Below are positions 24,568-38,500 of a stretch of DNA of 64,000 nt, in pieces; position 1 is the first letter of the stretch; every line of letters begins with the position of its first letter. The translations under genes were made by a program, and so were the position numbers. The DNA comes from Tubiluchus corallicola. Lineage: Eukaryota > Animalia > Priapulida. A model generated the notes under the pieces. It saw only the letters and a list, made by a program, of their open reading frames with translations. It made no database searches and had not been told where the DNA came from. Where the stretch lies: assembly GCA_030141605.1 (NCBI GenBank), contig JAQGDQ010000041.1:62001-126000 (forward strand), read 5' to 3'.

Positions 24568-26551
24568 CTTCACTTTGTTTACTTTACAACCAATTGTAAC
24601 ATAACCTGAAGCTAAAATTAAGATTGATGCGCAATATAGTAAGTGTGCGCGTGAAAATATCTGCAAATTCTAAATTACAACTGAGAACAAAGTTAAAATT
24701 CGTTCTATTTTCCATTCTATTTCATTTTCGTTTATAAACAAAAAATTTTTTCTCATTTGTATATAATAATTATCGCTAGATGAACACTACGTACTAAAAT
24801 ATTCTATAGATATTTATCATAAGTCTAACAGGAAGATGTTGCAGAATAACTGTCCAGTGTCCAATCTTCCTGTACTGTCAATAAAAAAGCATAATTCTTT
24901 AATCAGTGCTTCACAGGTGATGTGACTTGACAGTCAAGCAATATTGTTCTTAGATTATTCATTATATCTTGTTAACGAATAGGGATATGCCGTATCTATG
25001 CACAAATGCTACGTGGAAAGTTTATGCAAAATCGATACTTGGCGTATATACGTCACCTTATTCAGTAGTTTATTTTGTTCTGTAGTTAAGCACACAAAAG
25101 TTTTCTGCGCTGGAGTTTACAAACTCTTTTTTCACATTTTTATGCAAACTAGGAACAATTTTCTATTAACTAAATTAAATAATAGGCAGATAAATGAGAA
25201 TAATTATAAATGTACCAGAAATATACCTAGTAAGGAGTGATTGTATTTGTTATAGTGAAAATAAATTTTTATCTTCTTAGCTAAAATCAAGGTAGAAACG
25301 AGGTTTATTTTGTGACGAGCATAAAAAACTTCTCATTACGTCATTGCATTAAATTTTATTAGTTATTCATCCGGTATTAACACAAATCGTTTTTACGCCA
25401 ATGATATTTGCAATGAACAATGAATGATCTTGTAAGAATAGGTAACCTTGCGTGGTTAGTAATGCTCTGTGTGTGTGGATATTTCTTGAGTGTTTAAGCG
25501 AACAAACCAAATAATAAAGAGTTTATTAAAAGTTCATCTGCGAAAATGAATAAAAGGTTATGTATTTATTAAATAGCGCAGCAATCTCCGAGAGACCCAA
25601 CTCCGTTAATATTTTATTTACGTAATACTAACAGTAATCTAATGGTAAGTGTTAAACGTGGGCGCCGGTGGTGATGTGTAAAGTTGCATAAGACATAACT
25701 GCGTAGGAGGAAGCCAAACGTGTCACAATTGACATTGAATTACGTTCTTTTAGCTCATCCAGTAATCGAAGAATAGCGACAAAACTAAAATTGATGACGA
25801 CGATGATAGTGAACGTGCCACTTTCGATCACACAATGAAGATACAGAAATATGGTAATGGATAAAGTTTATTGCCAACGTCACCTTGCTGATAATTTGTA
25901 ACTTAGATACAGTCACACTGACATTTAAATGACTGAAACGCATCATTTTCTTAGAATACATAGAGCCACTTGTAAGCCTCCATTTGTTGTAAAACTTCCT
26001 TTCATTGGGTAGTGCATTACATTGATTCTGTGTTTTTATTATTAGCTTACAGATGTTTTGTACATTCACTTTAATTGGAGGACGCGGCAGACAATCGCCA
26101 GCAAGTAGGTGGACAGATAAATAGACAAGAGGCTGACAAACGACAGACATTATATAGAAATTTCTGACGGTCTTTTGTTATTGTGGTAGACTATTGCGCA
26201 TGTGCAAGGTATTCATTCATGATATACACGCTTAATGAACTTTGTCGAAAGTTCCTCTACGAAAATGAATAAAAGGTTATGTAATCCTACACGAAAAGTT
26301 GTGGCTTCTGTGTTGACGTCAGTGGCATATGCGATGCGCACAATGCAGAAAAATAATCGGCTTTGTATATGTATATAAATGTGTGCTTCTGGCGGAATTA
26401 AAAGTTTAACGAATTCTGTTTTTGCACAGAGACGATCCTATTAGACAAAGAGAGTTGATGTTTTAATAAAAATAACCATCTTGTGTAACTGAAACAGTTT
26501 CGTCTATGGTTAAAAAAGCGTTGTATTACGAGTGTAGTGTGGCCTAGCATA

Positions 26552-29500
26552 ATGCTTACAACTGCTTTGCACGGTTCTAGTGACACTCTTTTGGTGGTTT
26601 GTATTAGTAAGTATAACATCATATAAGTGAGAAATGTTTTAGTAAAAACTTACTTAAAAGTAGAAAAAAAAGAATTCTTTTGAAGTAGAAATAAACATAT
26701 ATAGATGAAACAACATAATATGTAAATCAATTTTATACATAGTTTGTTGGTGGGAATATTTTAGCTTGGCATACATTATAATGCTTATTATGACGCATTA
26801 TTAGCACATGTTTATAATAAACATAAACCCGCTTCCTGGTTGCAGTCTTGGGTTCGAATCCCGCGGTTACAAATACCAGAATGTATAATGATATTTAAAA
26901 ATCCATGGGTTGCTGTCTAGTTTATCACTTTCCTAACTGGTTTGACAACTTTTTCTTAAAGTCACAGATTCATTTTCATTTGTTTCTGTCCCGCTCTGTT
27001 CCATGACTGTGGCCAGTGATTTTATTCTTATGTGTTTCTTCTTTGTGTTTTTTATTTGCTGTCTTTCTATATTTCTGCCACGTAATTGTATCCTTTTTAG
27101 TGTGTTATCTTTATATATATCAATAATATAAATAAAAACACTCCCCAAAAATTAGTGTTGATGATTTCTAAAATTAAAAAATGATGTTTAAAATTTTTTC
27201 TGTCCTTTGTCTTCCACCTAAAGGTAAACTGCAGTGACAGATTGCAACGTCGTATCTTTCTTTCTTGTTCCTTGTTTATTGATTATGTTTTTAATTGATT
27301 CTTTGTGATTTTTAACTATTGAGTAGGATGTTAGAATATTAGGATAGTTTCAAACTTAACATGAGACGACCGCTCCTATAGAGAGATAAAATACATTTTA
27401 GAAAATAGCTCCACAATTTAAGCATTTAAGCAGTTTCTTAGAAAAAAAAATTTTAGTAACGTGAACGTACAGTAATTTGTAACCGGCTCTTTATCTATAT
27501 GAAAGCCCAAACTACTATCTTGTTAAAAATCAATACGATATTGGTGTAAAACAGTGAAGTGATTATTATTTTCAACTAGTATTAGGGAGCGTGAGAAGTA
27601 CAAAGTGGCTATCTGAATGAGTGCTATCCTGAAACAGATACTAAGGCGCCATCCACATATAAGGATATCAAGTTTTCGCCCGATTTCGAGGACCTACCTA
27701 CCTTGCGTTATAATGGCGTTATCATATGCCCCACCACTTACCTAGCCTTATATTGATATCGATGTCACACCGAATTACCTTTTTGTACATTTTATTCCTC
27801 CTCCTTCAAGGAAAGGCAACAACATCACTTGTGCTAATTAACGGGAAACTTGTAGCGTCGTTTGCTGCTTGCACGCACGTGTGAAAAAAGCGTTAAGTCA
27901 GATAACGATGTCATGACTAAATCACCTACCTACCTTGCGTTATAATGGTGTTATCACGCCTGCTCCCACCCACCACACATCACGAATGAACGAAAAATCA
28001 AACAGAAAGAGGCAAAATGAATAAATGAACGCGTGGACAAACAAATGAAGAAACAAAGGCTAATAAATAAATAAATAAATAAATAAATCATAAACAAACT
28101 TAAACGAAAATGTGCGCGAAGGATTGAATCAGAATCAGTGACCGAGCAACGGACTGACCGACTGTAGAGTGAACAAACAATCAAATAAACAAATTAAGAG
28201 CTTTAAAACAACGTACGTATCAAAATCTTCAAGTCTACATAATGATATGTGTAACGATCTAGAAATTCTTTGATTAAATTTAGCCTGCTCCGCCAAGTAA
28301 GGGTATTTGTCTCTTTGTCAGTTTTGTCTATCCAACAAACTGACCTCAACACAGTTGAGCAATTACTGAAAACAATCCATCACTGTTTAGCAAGAGATTA
28401 TCTTCAGCTGCTGCTATTCTCTGGTAAACAACAAACAGTAATCGTGTCCATTTACAATGAACGATTTGTTTCCCATTTTGTTACTTTGAAAACACGCTGC
28501 ATTTAAACACCCTGAAAGCTCATCTATAATAAAAATAATTACGATTTAACACGTCATATTTCGCAACGATCGTCTTCTTATGAAGTGTGCAAAGTTTATG
28601 CTAATTACAATAAATCATGCTGCTTCTCTTCTACCACGCGTTGATTCTTTTCCATTCTTCCTACTAAATTAGAAATTATGGTCTATATCGAAGCAAACAA
28701 ACCTGCAGTGTTTTTTAATTACAGAATTACATATTTTAAGTTTAAACCGCTATATTAATGATGAATAGAAACTAGATGAATGGTAATAAGGATATATAAG
28801 TTTGCCCTCTCCCTCGATCTTCTTACTAATCAAAGAGAAAGTTAAAGCACACTGTAAGTGTCAAGTTTGTGTTAATGTCTAACATTTTTAAAGGGCATTC
28901 AACTGTTTATTCGCGAATTAAAGGTGACAGGAGGGCACTCTCATATATTTAGCACCTTGTTTTATCGACTTTCATCAACTTTTTAAATGCGGTTTGTCGA
29001 CAAAACGGTCTATCCTTTTTATAATACAAGATTGCGTAGTTTTTACTTGTACGGCTGAATATGTTGAATTAAATAACAATTGTAAATAGCAAATGAAAAT
29101 GGAACGAATTACAAGTGTAAGACTAACTACATTTATGAAATTTTACCTAAAGATAAAAACCACATTGTTACGGTATTTTAACATAGTCAAAGGCGTCAGC
29201 TCTCGGATTGTTTGGGCTGTCAATGCAACAGTGCTTTGCAAATCAGCCAATTCTCTTAAAGACGCTGGTGTGAGGAGTCGAGCTTATCCAACGAGCGACA
29301 AGAAGTCAGAGCCTGTGCCAGGAAGTGCGGGGCCAAATTAGAAAATTGCTACTAGGGCCCTCTACTCTACAAAAGCTCAAGATTGACGTTTTACGCTTGA
29401 ATGACCACATGAAAGCTTTAATGTTTTACTAAAGATCGAGATAATTTCTAGCAATTTCAAAGTAAATGGTTGTAATTTCGTTTTCTATAGTAGCATCGCC

Positions 29501-32500
29501 AAATTATTTAGTCTCTCTTGTGAAATTATTGACCGTAAGTATGTTTTAATCCCTGCTGAGAGTTTATTAAAATCCAACGACGATCTCACTAATTCATGTA
29601 GGACTCGCCAATTATTTTTTAAAAGATTTGAAATTACAAAACAAATAAACAAACGATCAGCAAAAAGACATCGAAACATAGAGATATACAAGGGCAGACA
29701 GAATAGTTTGATTGGCTTCACAGTATTAAGAAACTTCGTGCTCACTGGACACTGGCACTCCTCCGCTCGAGCGTGTGTGTGGGGCCCCCCTCTCCAGCAG
29801 GTCGTCAAAGTGATGTACTGACGGCCGTTAGTTTTGTGCATTTTAATGACAAGTTAAGCATTGCCCAGATCGGATAAAGATCGCCTGATAAAGGTAATTC
29901 TGTAATTAAAAATACTGCAGGTTTGTTTGAATCCGCTCAATTCTCAATTCTCGAGTACTGTCCGCAGGATTCAACACAAAGTCCCAGTGCGCGATCCAGC
30001 AAAATGACAGTTAATATGGGTACAGCGGTGCGCGATAAGCAACAAACATTTCCTCTTTGTAAGACGCAAGACATCTAATAATGTTCATTATGTAACAAAA
30101 ATGGTGCATTATGTAACAAATCACAAAATTCGTCATATCACAAATTTTGCGTCATTATGGGACAGCTATTATGAACAATTTTTGCATTTCAATATGTAGT
30201 AACCATTATGCAACAAAAATTGTGTATTATGTATCAGGCTAATGTTCTTTTTGTTCTGCGATTGGGTGTTGTTACAATCTAGATTGTGTCTAATTATTGG
30301 GCTGGGCCACTTTCACACCAACGTTTCCTAAAAATAGTTAAACTTCACTTTTCACGAATCAATGATTTGAGGCTACGTATGTACACAACCTAAATCTGCA
30401 AAGCCGATCACTAATTTTTCGCGATAAAAATTCAAAAGAAATTTTTACCTTGTTTGTGATAATAATGAAACGGATAACGTCATCGATTACCAGTTACAGT
30501 AACTGTTAACCTCAAAACAGCTTCTATTTTATCGAAATTTCAGATTTGTTTGTTGTTGCTGTCGCTGAGTTATCATCATCAGCGTCACTATCAAAAGAGG
30601 AACAAGCGGATGTCCTATCAGCGCACAATTTCTACAGGAGAACCTTTGTCAGTCTAAAAGAAAATTCCCGCCGTGGCGTAGCAAATATGAATAAGCTGGT
30701 AAGAAATGGAGTACGAAACGTTCACAAAGTTTTTCTTTGTCTTGTGGCTAAATATTTCGATGTTAAGCCATTAAACGTAGTTTCGTGTAAGCTGCAGGCT
30801 CTCTCTTCTCTCGTTCTCTCTCTTTCTCTCGTACTCTTTCTCTCTCTCTCTGGCTCTTGTTTTTTGTTCTCAGCAGTGCAAATTTCCAACCAGCAGTGCA
30901 ACGTTTCTATAATGCAATAAAAATTCTCTTAATTTTATTCAAGAGGAATATTTCTATTCTGAAGCGCAGATTTTTTGTTCAAAAAACTAAAAACTTTCAT
31001 TCCAAACTCACACTTACTATTATTAAAAAAAAATTTTAAAATGTGAAAGCTTTTATAAAAAATAAAGTTAGATTACGTTTTACTAATAACTTTCTAGTAC
31101 AAAGCACAAAGCCTATATTCAAAAGCAAAGTTTTCCTTCAAAATAGCAAAATTTTGGTCCCAGAACGCGGAATTTGCATTTAAAAGCGCAAAGTTGCTTT
31201 TCAAAGCTGAAAATATTAACATAGAACTGTGTCAAAAGAGCAAAATTATAATTTTAACCGGAAAAGCTTATATTCAAACGTTTCGTTTTAAAGGTTTCTT
31301 TTCTAGAGTGCAAAACTTCTACTTAAAAGACCAATGTCTCTATTAAATGTTTACGAAAAGCTATGAATACAGTACGTGTACTTTTGTACTATTAGGCCTA
31401 CTACCCGTAATCATGCCTGTGCATCTGCTAAACTTCTCGATTGATTCATAAGTTCAGAACTGAAACGTCTAATATGACGTGACAGACCTCACGCGAGCTG
31501 AATGAATGTATAATCACTAATTACTGACTACACGTATTTTGACATTCATCAAGCCAATTTCAAAGTAAGGTTATGGGAGGGACCAATGTACATGTCCTTT
31601 TTGATGAGAATGATAACAGAGCACTGCCTGTTAAAAGTAATGAAAAGCATTTGCATTACACTTATTATCCTATAACACACCTCGTTATCCATAATCTCTA
31701 CAGATAATAATGTGTCATCCGGGTATAGGCCTATTACTGGGTGTTATATTACAGGTGAGAGTGATTGTATGTCACTGCCAGTGCACACTATTCCACTATT
31801 AATAGAAATACTTCAATAGTAACACCTGTTCCAGTACCTATAGTATATAAACGCAGAAGTTCAATTTATAATAACTTTACTAAAACATGAGTTTAACAAA
31901 ATACAAGCCAGAGTTTGTGTTTTCACAAGCACATACATCAAATATGCTTTATTAAATTTTCAGAAATTCAAAAGACCTTTCGCAAACATGTCTACAATCT
32001 TGTTAGGACATTGACGAGCATGAACTTAAACAGTTTATAAAGGACTAACTTGGTTTTAGTGAGCTAAATTTGAAAACAATACTATTATTAACTTTAAAAT
32101 TATTAAAAGTTAAAAACAATTCGCCGTAGGCAAAATCATTTGAATTGCAAAAAGCACAAAGAGGTTGGTTATAGTATACGAGGAGTAAAACATAAATAGT
32201 GATAGCACTATTATGTATGTGAGCCAATTGTCTTACGACGTTGTTTGCTCTCTACTGAAACATCGAACTACGTGGAATATTTGAGCATTATTGAGATTAA
32301 TGGGATTTATTATATCATGTCATGTGAGCAGTTTTGGCAGGACTTTATTAGTTGTAATTGTTATGTTATTATTGTATATATGTACTGATACACCGTAATT
32401 TGTGCATCTACATCACAAGAATACTGCACAATATTCAATTTTTTCGTATTATTAGTTTTGCAGAGATAGCTTTTTGGTTAAAGTACACTATACTTGAAAC

Positions 32501-35500
32501 AACGTATATTAATTTTTAGGGTTGGGACCAAAAATTAGCTAGGGAAGCTGAAAAACTGGCAACTTGCCAAATCATCAGCGGCTTCCATCCATTAGATGCC
32601 GGCACGCGACAAATGAGGTTTCCAGGCACATCAAAAATGAGCGTATCAATAGGACCCTCAAAGAAAAACCGTCGCCATATTAAGTTGTTGATTCGACGAT
32701 GGTTTGAGCAAAAGCGATTCTTCAACATCGCAGCGAATACATGTGATGATGGTCACGAGCAGGACTGCCAAAATTTTAAAAATGTACGTTACGTTTTCTT
32801 GCTTTTTAGTGAGTACTTTTGACATCGCTTCCTGCTTATTAGTGCTCTTCCACTAAAGTGCCATATCAAACTTTCACATCGCAACATCATTACAACTGCT
32901 TGATTCTAAGTGGCACAAGTTAGCATTAACAATTGGTAAATCTATTAACTGAATAATTTTTCTTTGGTTATTTTTGGTTATTTGTTTGCGAAGCAGCCTG
33001 TAAAAAGGTCTATTTCGTCTTGACGTTGTCGTTGTTCTCCTTCTCGTTCTTATAAATTGGGTTTTTGCTACTGTAACCAGATTTTTGAACTAACAGGAGA
33101 ACTTTTGCCACTCACCTTTAGCTTAATAATTCCCTTATAGATCAATGCAAAGTTTATGAACTAATCAAGTTTAATTAATAATTAATCAAATTAGAAAAAT
33201 AATACCATGAGTCTTAGAGCAGAAAAATGGGGAGATTTTTCACGTGTTGTTCTGTTTTAAAGTACGGTAAAAGTGTGCATTTCAACATCGATAATAATGA
33301 CAAAGTGTTTCTAATCACTAAACAAGTTTAAAAACTTAATTAACGGCCAGGAACGCAGAAACGATGACGTCATAACTGAACATAATTTTTAATAACAGAA
33401 ACAGCAGATGTTTGCGAAAGCGAAAACGAAATACCGTACAACATTGGCTGTGATACACAAAGACTGTTCAATTTTTTGTTTAAAAATGCAAATTCCAAGC
33501 TATGATACGTTTTACCACAAATCCGGTATACGGTTCCTGGTATCCAGGCGCTGTAGCATCTATCTAGCGAATGGCGAAATGCATGTAATAATGTGCGAAC
33601 GTAAAACCAAATTTCCGCGTTTTTAATAATTTCTAAACTAATAATTCTTTCGCTAAGTCACTCTTAAAAACAATTATAATCTCTTTCAATTTGTACAGTA
33701 GATTATTTTGAACAGTACTTTAAAATTGGGTCCTGTTTCCCTTTAGCTTCCTTCTATGCTTTCCACTACACCAGTATTGCCTTAAAGAGGTGAAAGCCAA
33801 CATCACAATAATCTTTTCATAGTAAACGTTTTTAAAATAGTTATTGATGTGTTATATTATTTCACCCAGTTTTTCGAGAAAGTGGTGAACTTCAAACCTC
33901 TGACCTGCGTGGTGTTAGTTATTGACTCCATTTTCTAACAACGCTGAAGACTGATACACAATAAGCATGCATTCTTTGTTTTTAATTACTTGCGGAATTT
34001 TCAATTATCTAAGAGTATGTCAACTGATGCTATGACAACCGACACTCAGTAGCGCTATACTGCAGCTGAATATAAGCTTGCAAACTAGATTATCATAGTA
34101 GAGTATATCTTTTAAAATCGACATGAACAAGTGATTACAAATGGACAAAAATGCAGATGGCTTCCTATATTAAAATAATTCATGCATGGTCCACATAGTA
34201 ATTATATTAGCACACTACGTCATCGTACATCGTCTATATAAGCATCTGATTATACCACACATATCTACTCTTTGTAATTAATACTTTTGTTAATTCATTT
34301 TAGTTGATATCTGCCTCCACGACAAGAGTAGGTTGTGGCATGATCAAGCAGTGCTCAGCCAGAAATGCGGTCACATCATATTACAAGAGTGTCTTGGTGT
34401 GTCTTTATAAGCCAGGGTAAAATGATTTTAATTCACGGTAACGTAGAGAACATGTTAAAGAGCCCTTTGCCAATAAACTTTAAATTAGGTACATATAAAA
34501 TTTGCACGCTTGGTGTATTCCACTAACTTCATTGTTCGACAGATTTTATGGGCAGTGGACACATTGTTTTGCAAGTCATCAGCCTTAATCATTGTTATTT
34601 TGACCCACTCATCCTTAATCAAAATCTAAAGCATTATAACCAGCAACCCTAAATCTATAACTATTTTAACAAATATTACAAAAAACAGAGTATTGCTGGG
34701 TTTGTGAAAATATTGTTTTTAGGTCGCTCCAATCCTTTAATATTTTTCCATTGTTCCCTAAAGAAAAATCTAAAGAGTTACAACTAGTAGCCTTAGATCT
34801 ACAACTAATTTAACAAATATTTCAGACAATAATGGATTACTTGCTTCTTGAGCTCATTGCATTTGGGACCAAAGGTCTCTGACATAGGCCTTTGGCTGCT
34901 TGACCCACTGCTTCCTAAACAAGATGTAAAGTATTATAACCAGTAACTTGGACATTATAGTAAATATTACAAATGACATATTTATTATAATATCAGCAAT
35001 AACTATATTTTGTCATTTAATTATTTCCTTCACGCGTGCCGGACAGTTTCATGTAAAAGGTATTTCACGTCACGGAGTGAGGAGCTGGTTAATAGGCTGA
35101 GGAGCCAGAGATTATGAATCAAAGGGGACTGACGCAATGTAGAACAAATACCATCAAAGAGCCTAATAATTACGTTTCCGATTTCTTAGGTTTCAAACTT
35201 CTACAAAACTATTTGAAACCGGAGCTCCATGTACAAAATGTTCAGGAGAACAAACTTTCTGTGAAAAAGGACTATGTGGTGAGCATTTGTAAGCCCGTTT
35301 TTAATCAATTTATAATTGTGCAAGCTGGGATCCAATACTGAACACCAGAATTTTCTTAACGTAGAACGTTGCGGCGGGTCCGGAACATATCGGCGTGCAT
35401 ACATCATCCTTTGGTGCACTATGACAAATGAAACTGTCTGGACTTGGTTTTTGAGTTTAATTGAAGAGCCTCCTGAAACAAGGGTCCATATTTGGTGACT

Positions 35501-38500
35501 TCCAGACCAGTAGGACATAAGCATTTACTAACTTCTTCTTATATTTCTGTGTATAGAAAATGCCAAGTCCGCCTAAAAAGCATGCAAAATATAAATATGT
35601 CACAGGACTACCGAAAAACCTGCAACTGGTCAAATTTCATAGAGACGCCAAATTTTACAGTCATTATATAACCTTCTAATATTCATATAATCATATAATA
35701 TTCTGATTAAAAGTCGGTAAGAATACAGAGGATGCTCATTAATAGTAGTGACTGCAAAAGGCTGTTTTTCAAAAAGTGACTTATATGAGGGCTTTGGCTT
35801 TCTAGTCAGCTAAGCTATCTATGTCCACAAAATTTTCGTTTTTTTCTTTTGCTACTTAAGACGACATCCAGGTCTCATGTGACTTGGTCCGCTTGTTCCA
35901 ACAGGTTCTTTAATTACAAATTATGATTTATCAGTAACGTAGAACTTATTGCATAGTTTTGTAAACGCCGCCTTACTGACAAAAGCGTTACCCTATATCT
36001 GTTAATGCTAATTAAAACTCGTAGATTTTTTCCAAGATATTTTCAAATAACGTTACGTTAATTTTTGTCCATCAACATAACATTTATTCACTGCTATTTC
36101 CTGTGCTACGAACTATATTTTTTCTGCAAAGATCTTATTACGGATCTTATGTCGATTGTTTCTCAAGTTTGAAATGCCACGTATGGCTCTTAACAGTTGC
36201 GGATGCATAAAAGTCGATGCAAATCTTGTTTTCTGTTTACGCAAATAGCTTTGCTAAATTTCATGGGCAGAAAAATGACGAATGGTAAAAATCTTGTTCG
36301 TTGCATGTTTATAGCAGATATAGTTATAAAATAAATGTAAATGCCATTTATGTAAGGTAATTTCCAGTAATCTTGTTTATTTTTCTGTCTATTTTCAGTT
36401 GCCTGTTCACATTTTACCGATAAAAAGTGTGGTAAGTACATAGAGCAAACGTTAATTCATTTTTAAGAAATTACCTACAAATTTAAAGCAAAAGCGGCGC
36501 ATAATCGAAATGTCGTGATACGGATTCAGCAGGTTACAAGTAATGTAGGTTTTTATAGCGAATTTGTAGATTTATTGTGAATTATAGGTGAATTAGCGAA
36601 TTAATAACTTTGTTCTGAATGAACGTATAATACGTGTAAATGTGACGTCACACTTCCTATTGTAGATTGTCGCAAAACCTGCACGAAACTTGGAGTTGGA
36701 TTTGGCTTGTTGGACATGTCTACTTGTACTTGTACTTGTTTGTTTGGAATGGGACCTAACTGTAATGGTAAGTAAAATAAGTGGTAAATTAAATGATACT
36801 GTAGGTAAATAAATGGATACCATTTATCACTGAATATACTTCACGCGTGTTGAGTAGTTACATAGTTAGGATAGCAGTTGACCTAACTAACGTTTTTACT
36901 GAGTTTTTCGTAGGCTAGTTTCAGTTACATCGGGCAGAGCAGAAAAAAAAACGTACAGAAATTTATACTACAATAACATTAGTAACCAGCAGCCTACAAA
37001 GTTGTAATTTCAAAACTTGACATTACAATACATTAACTTTCAGCTGTGAAAGTTACAAGTTTATAGGTTTAGCAGTTTTTCAGTTTTATACGAGAAACTT
37101 TTGCATATTAATTTTAAATGCTGAAACAATGTCACCTAATCATCAATAATTGAGAAGCACGTTGACGTATAAAGCACTCAATGCATTGCAGTAAAATACG
37201 AAAAAATCAACCAATTTATGTCATATTCTTAACCACTGAAAATTAAGCATAAGTAAAGATTTGTTATTAAGAAAAAAGTAGACTTAATCCTCTGGAATTC
37301 TTTAAAAGAATGTACGACGACTGCACCGAGTTCTTTGAAGCAGAGGAATTAAAAGCAAAAAAAATGAGTGCTGGGACAAATATCCTATTGATAGCGAGAA
37401 ACTGAGTTAAATGCTGAAAAAAATGCCTTCTTGTAGTTTGCATGGAAAATGATGAACACTTAGAGCACTTGCCGTAAATTATGAGAATAGTGACGCAAAC
37501 TTTTTACAGCATTTATTTTTCTCACTTTTTATACTATAATTTCAGTATCTTTGGAAACATCAAATGGAATGGCCTAATTTTTTTGTTTTTATACGTAAGC
37601 ATCTGTAACATGAGCGTGGTAACTTTCAACCGATTCTATTATTTTCTTTTTATCTTGGAAGATTATCAGATTCAGATAATACACGATTTTTTTGTCATAC
37701 ACGAAAAAATCAAGTATATCGCAAAATAAGTTATTAGTAGTTAGAGAAAGGGTGGCGAAAAACCGTAATGGTTAGCGAAGTTTAGTTAAAGTTATTTAAA
37801 CTTATTACAAGAAAATCTAGCGACGATTTAAGCTGGGATGAAACGAAGAAAATACTGTCAAATTGAAAAATATAATAATGAAAAAATGATAAAGAAAATT
37901 ATCAAACTAGCTTTAAGTGGCAAGACAATATGAAAAAATAAAAAAAATTGAGAAACAAAACAAAAACTGTCAGAAGTGAATAAGCATATAAAGTCAAAAT
38001 AAATAATAATAATAATAATAATAACGGATATAAAATAAGCATACATAGTGAAGTAAGCACTGAAAACATAAACTGTCGAACCAACTGAGCAAAAAAATGA
38101 TCATGTATGTAAATATGAAATAAGCATAAAGTGGAGAAATCAAACTTAAATAACACTATAACATGACATTGTAAACAAATGAAACAGATTGTCTTGTGCA
38201 AGGTATTGTAATTACTAGCAAAAATGAAACAAAATCACAAACAAAACTGCAAGCGACAAATTATAAATATGACTGTTGTTTAAGCCTAGAAAGCAAGATT
38301 TTGGATACTACAAGCATAAACTGCTATAATTTGTGTATAAAATTATAAGAAACTGCAACTTAAATAATTAAGCCGTGAGAAAAACAAAAATTAAGGCAGC
38401 AAAAACAAGAATATAATCATGCTTCAACATGCTATTAATATAGATTGCTTAACAAAAAATGCGCATGCAGGCGAATTTCTTACACTACAGAACACAGGTA

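Noticed and set aside
26835-26875. Pol III B-box GGTTCGAATCCC
   Set aside because: No A-box or acceptor stem upstream; not a tRNA gene, probably a SINE fragment.
27640-27975. ~35-bp direct repeat (CCTACCTACCTTGCGTTATAATGG.GTTATCA) near a MITE-like end
   Set aside because: Only two copies and no second terminus or TSD found; not a CRISPR array and not classifiable.
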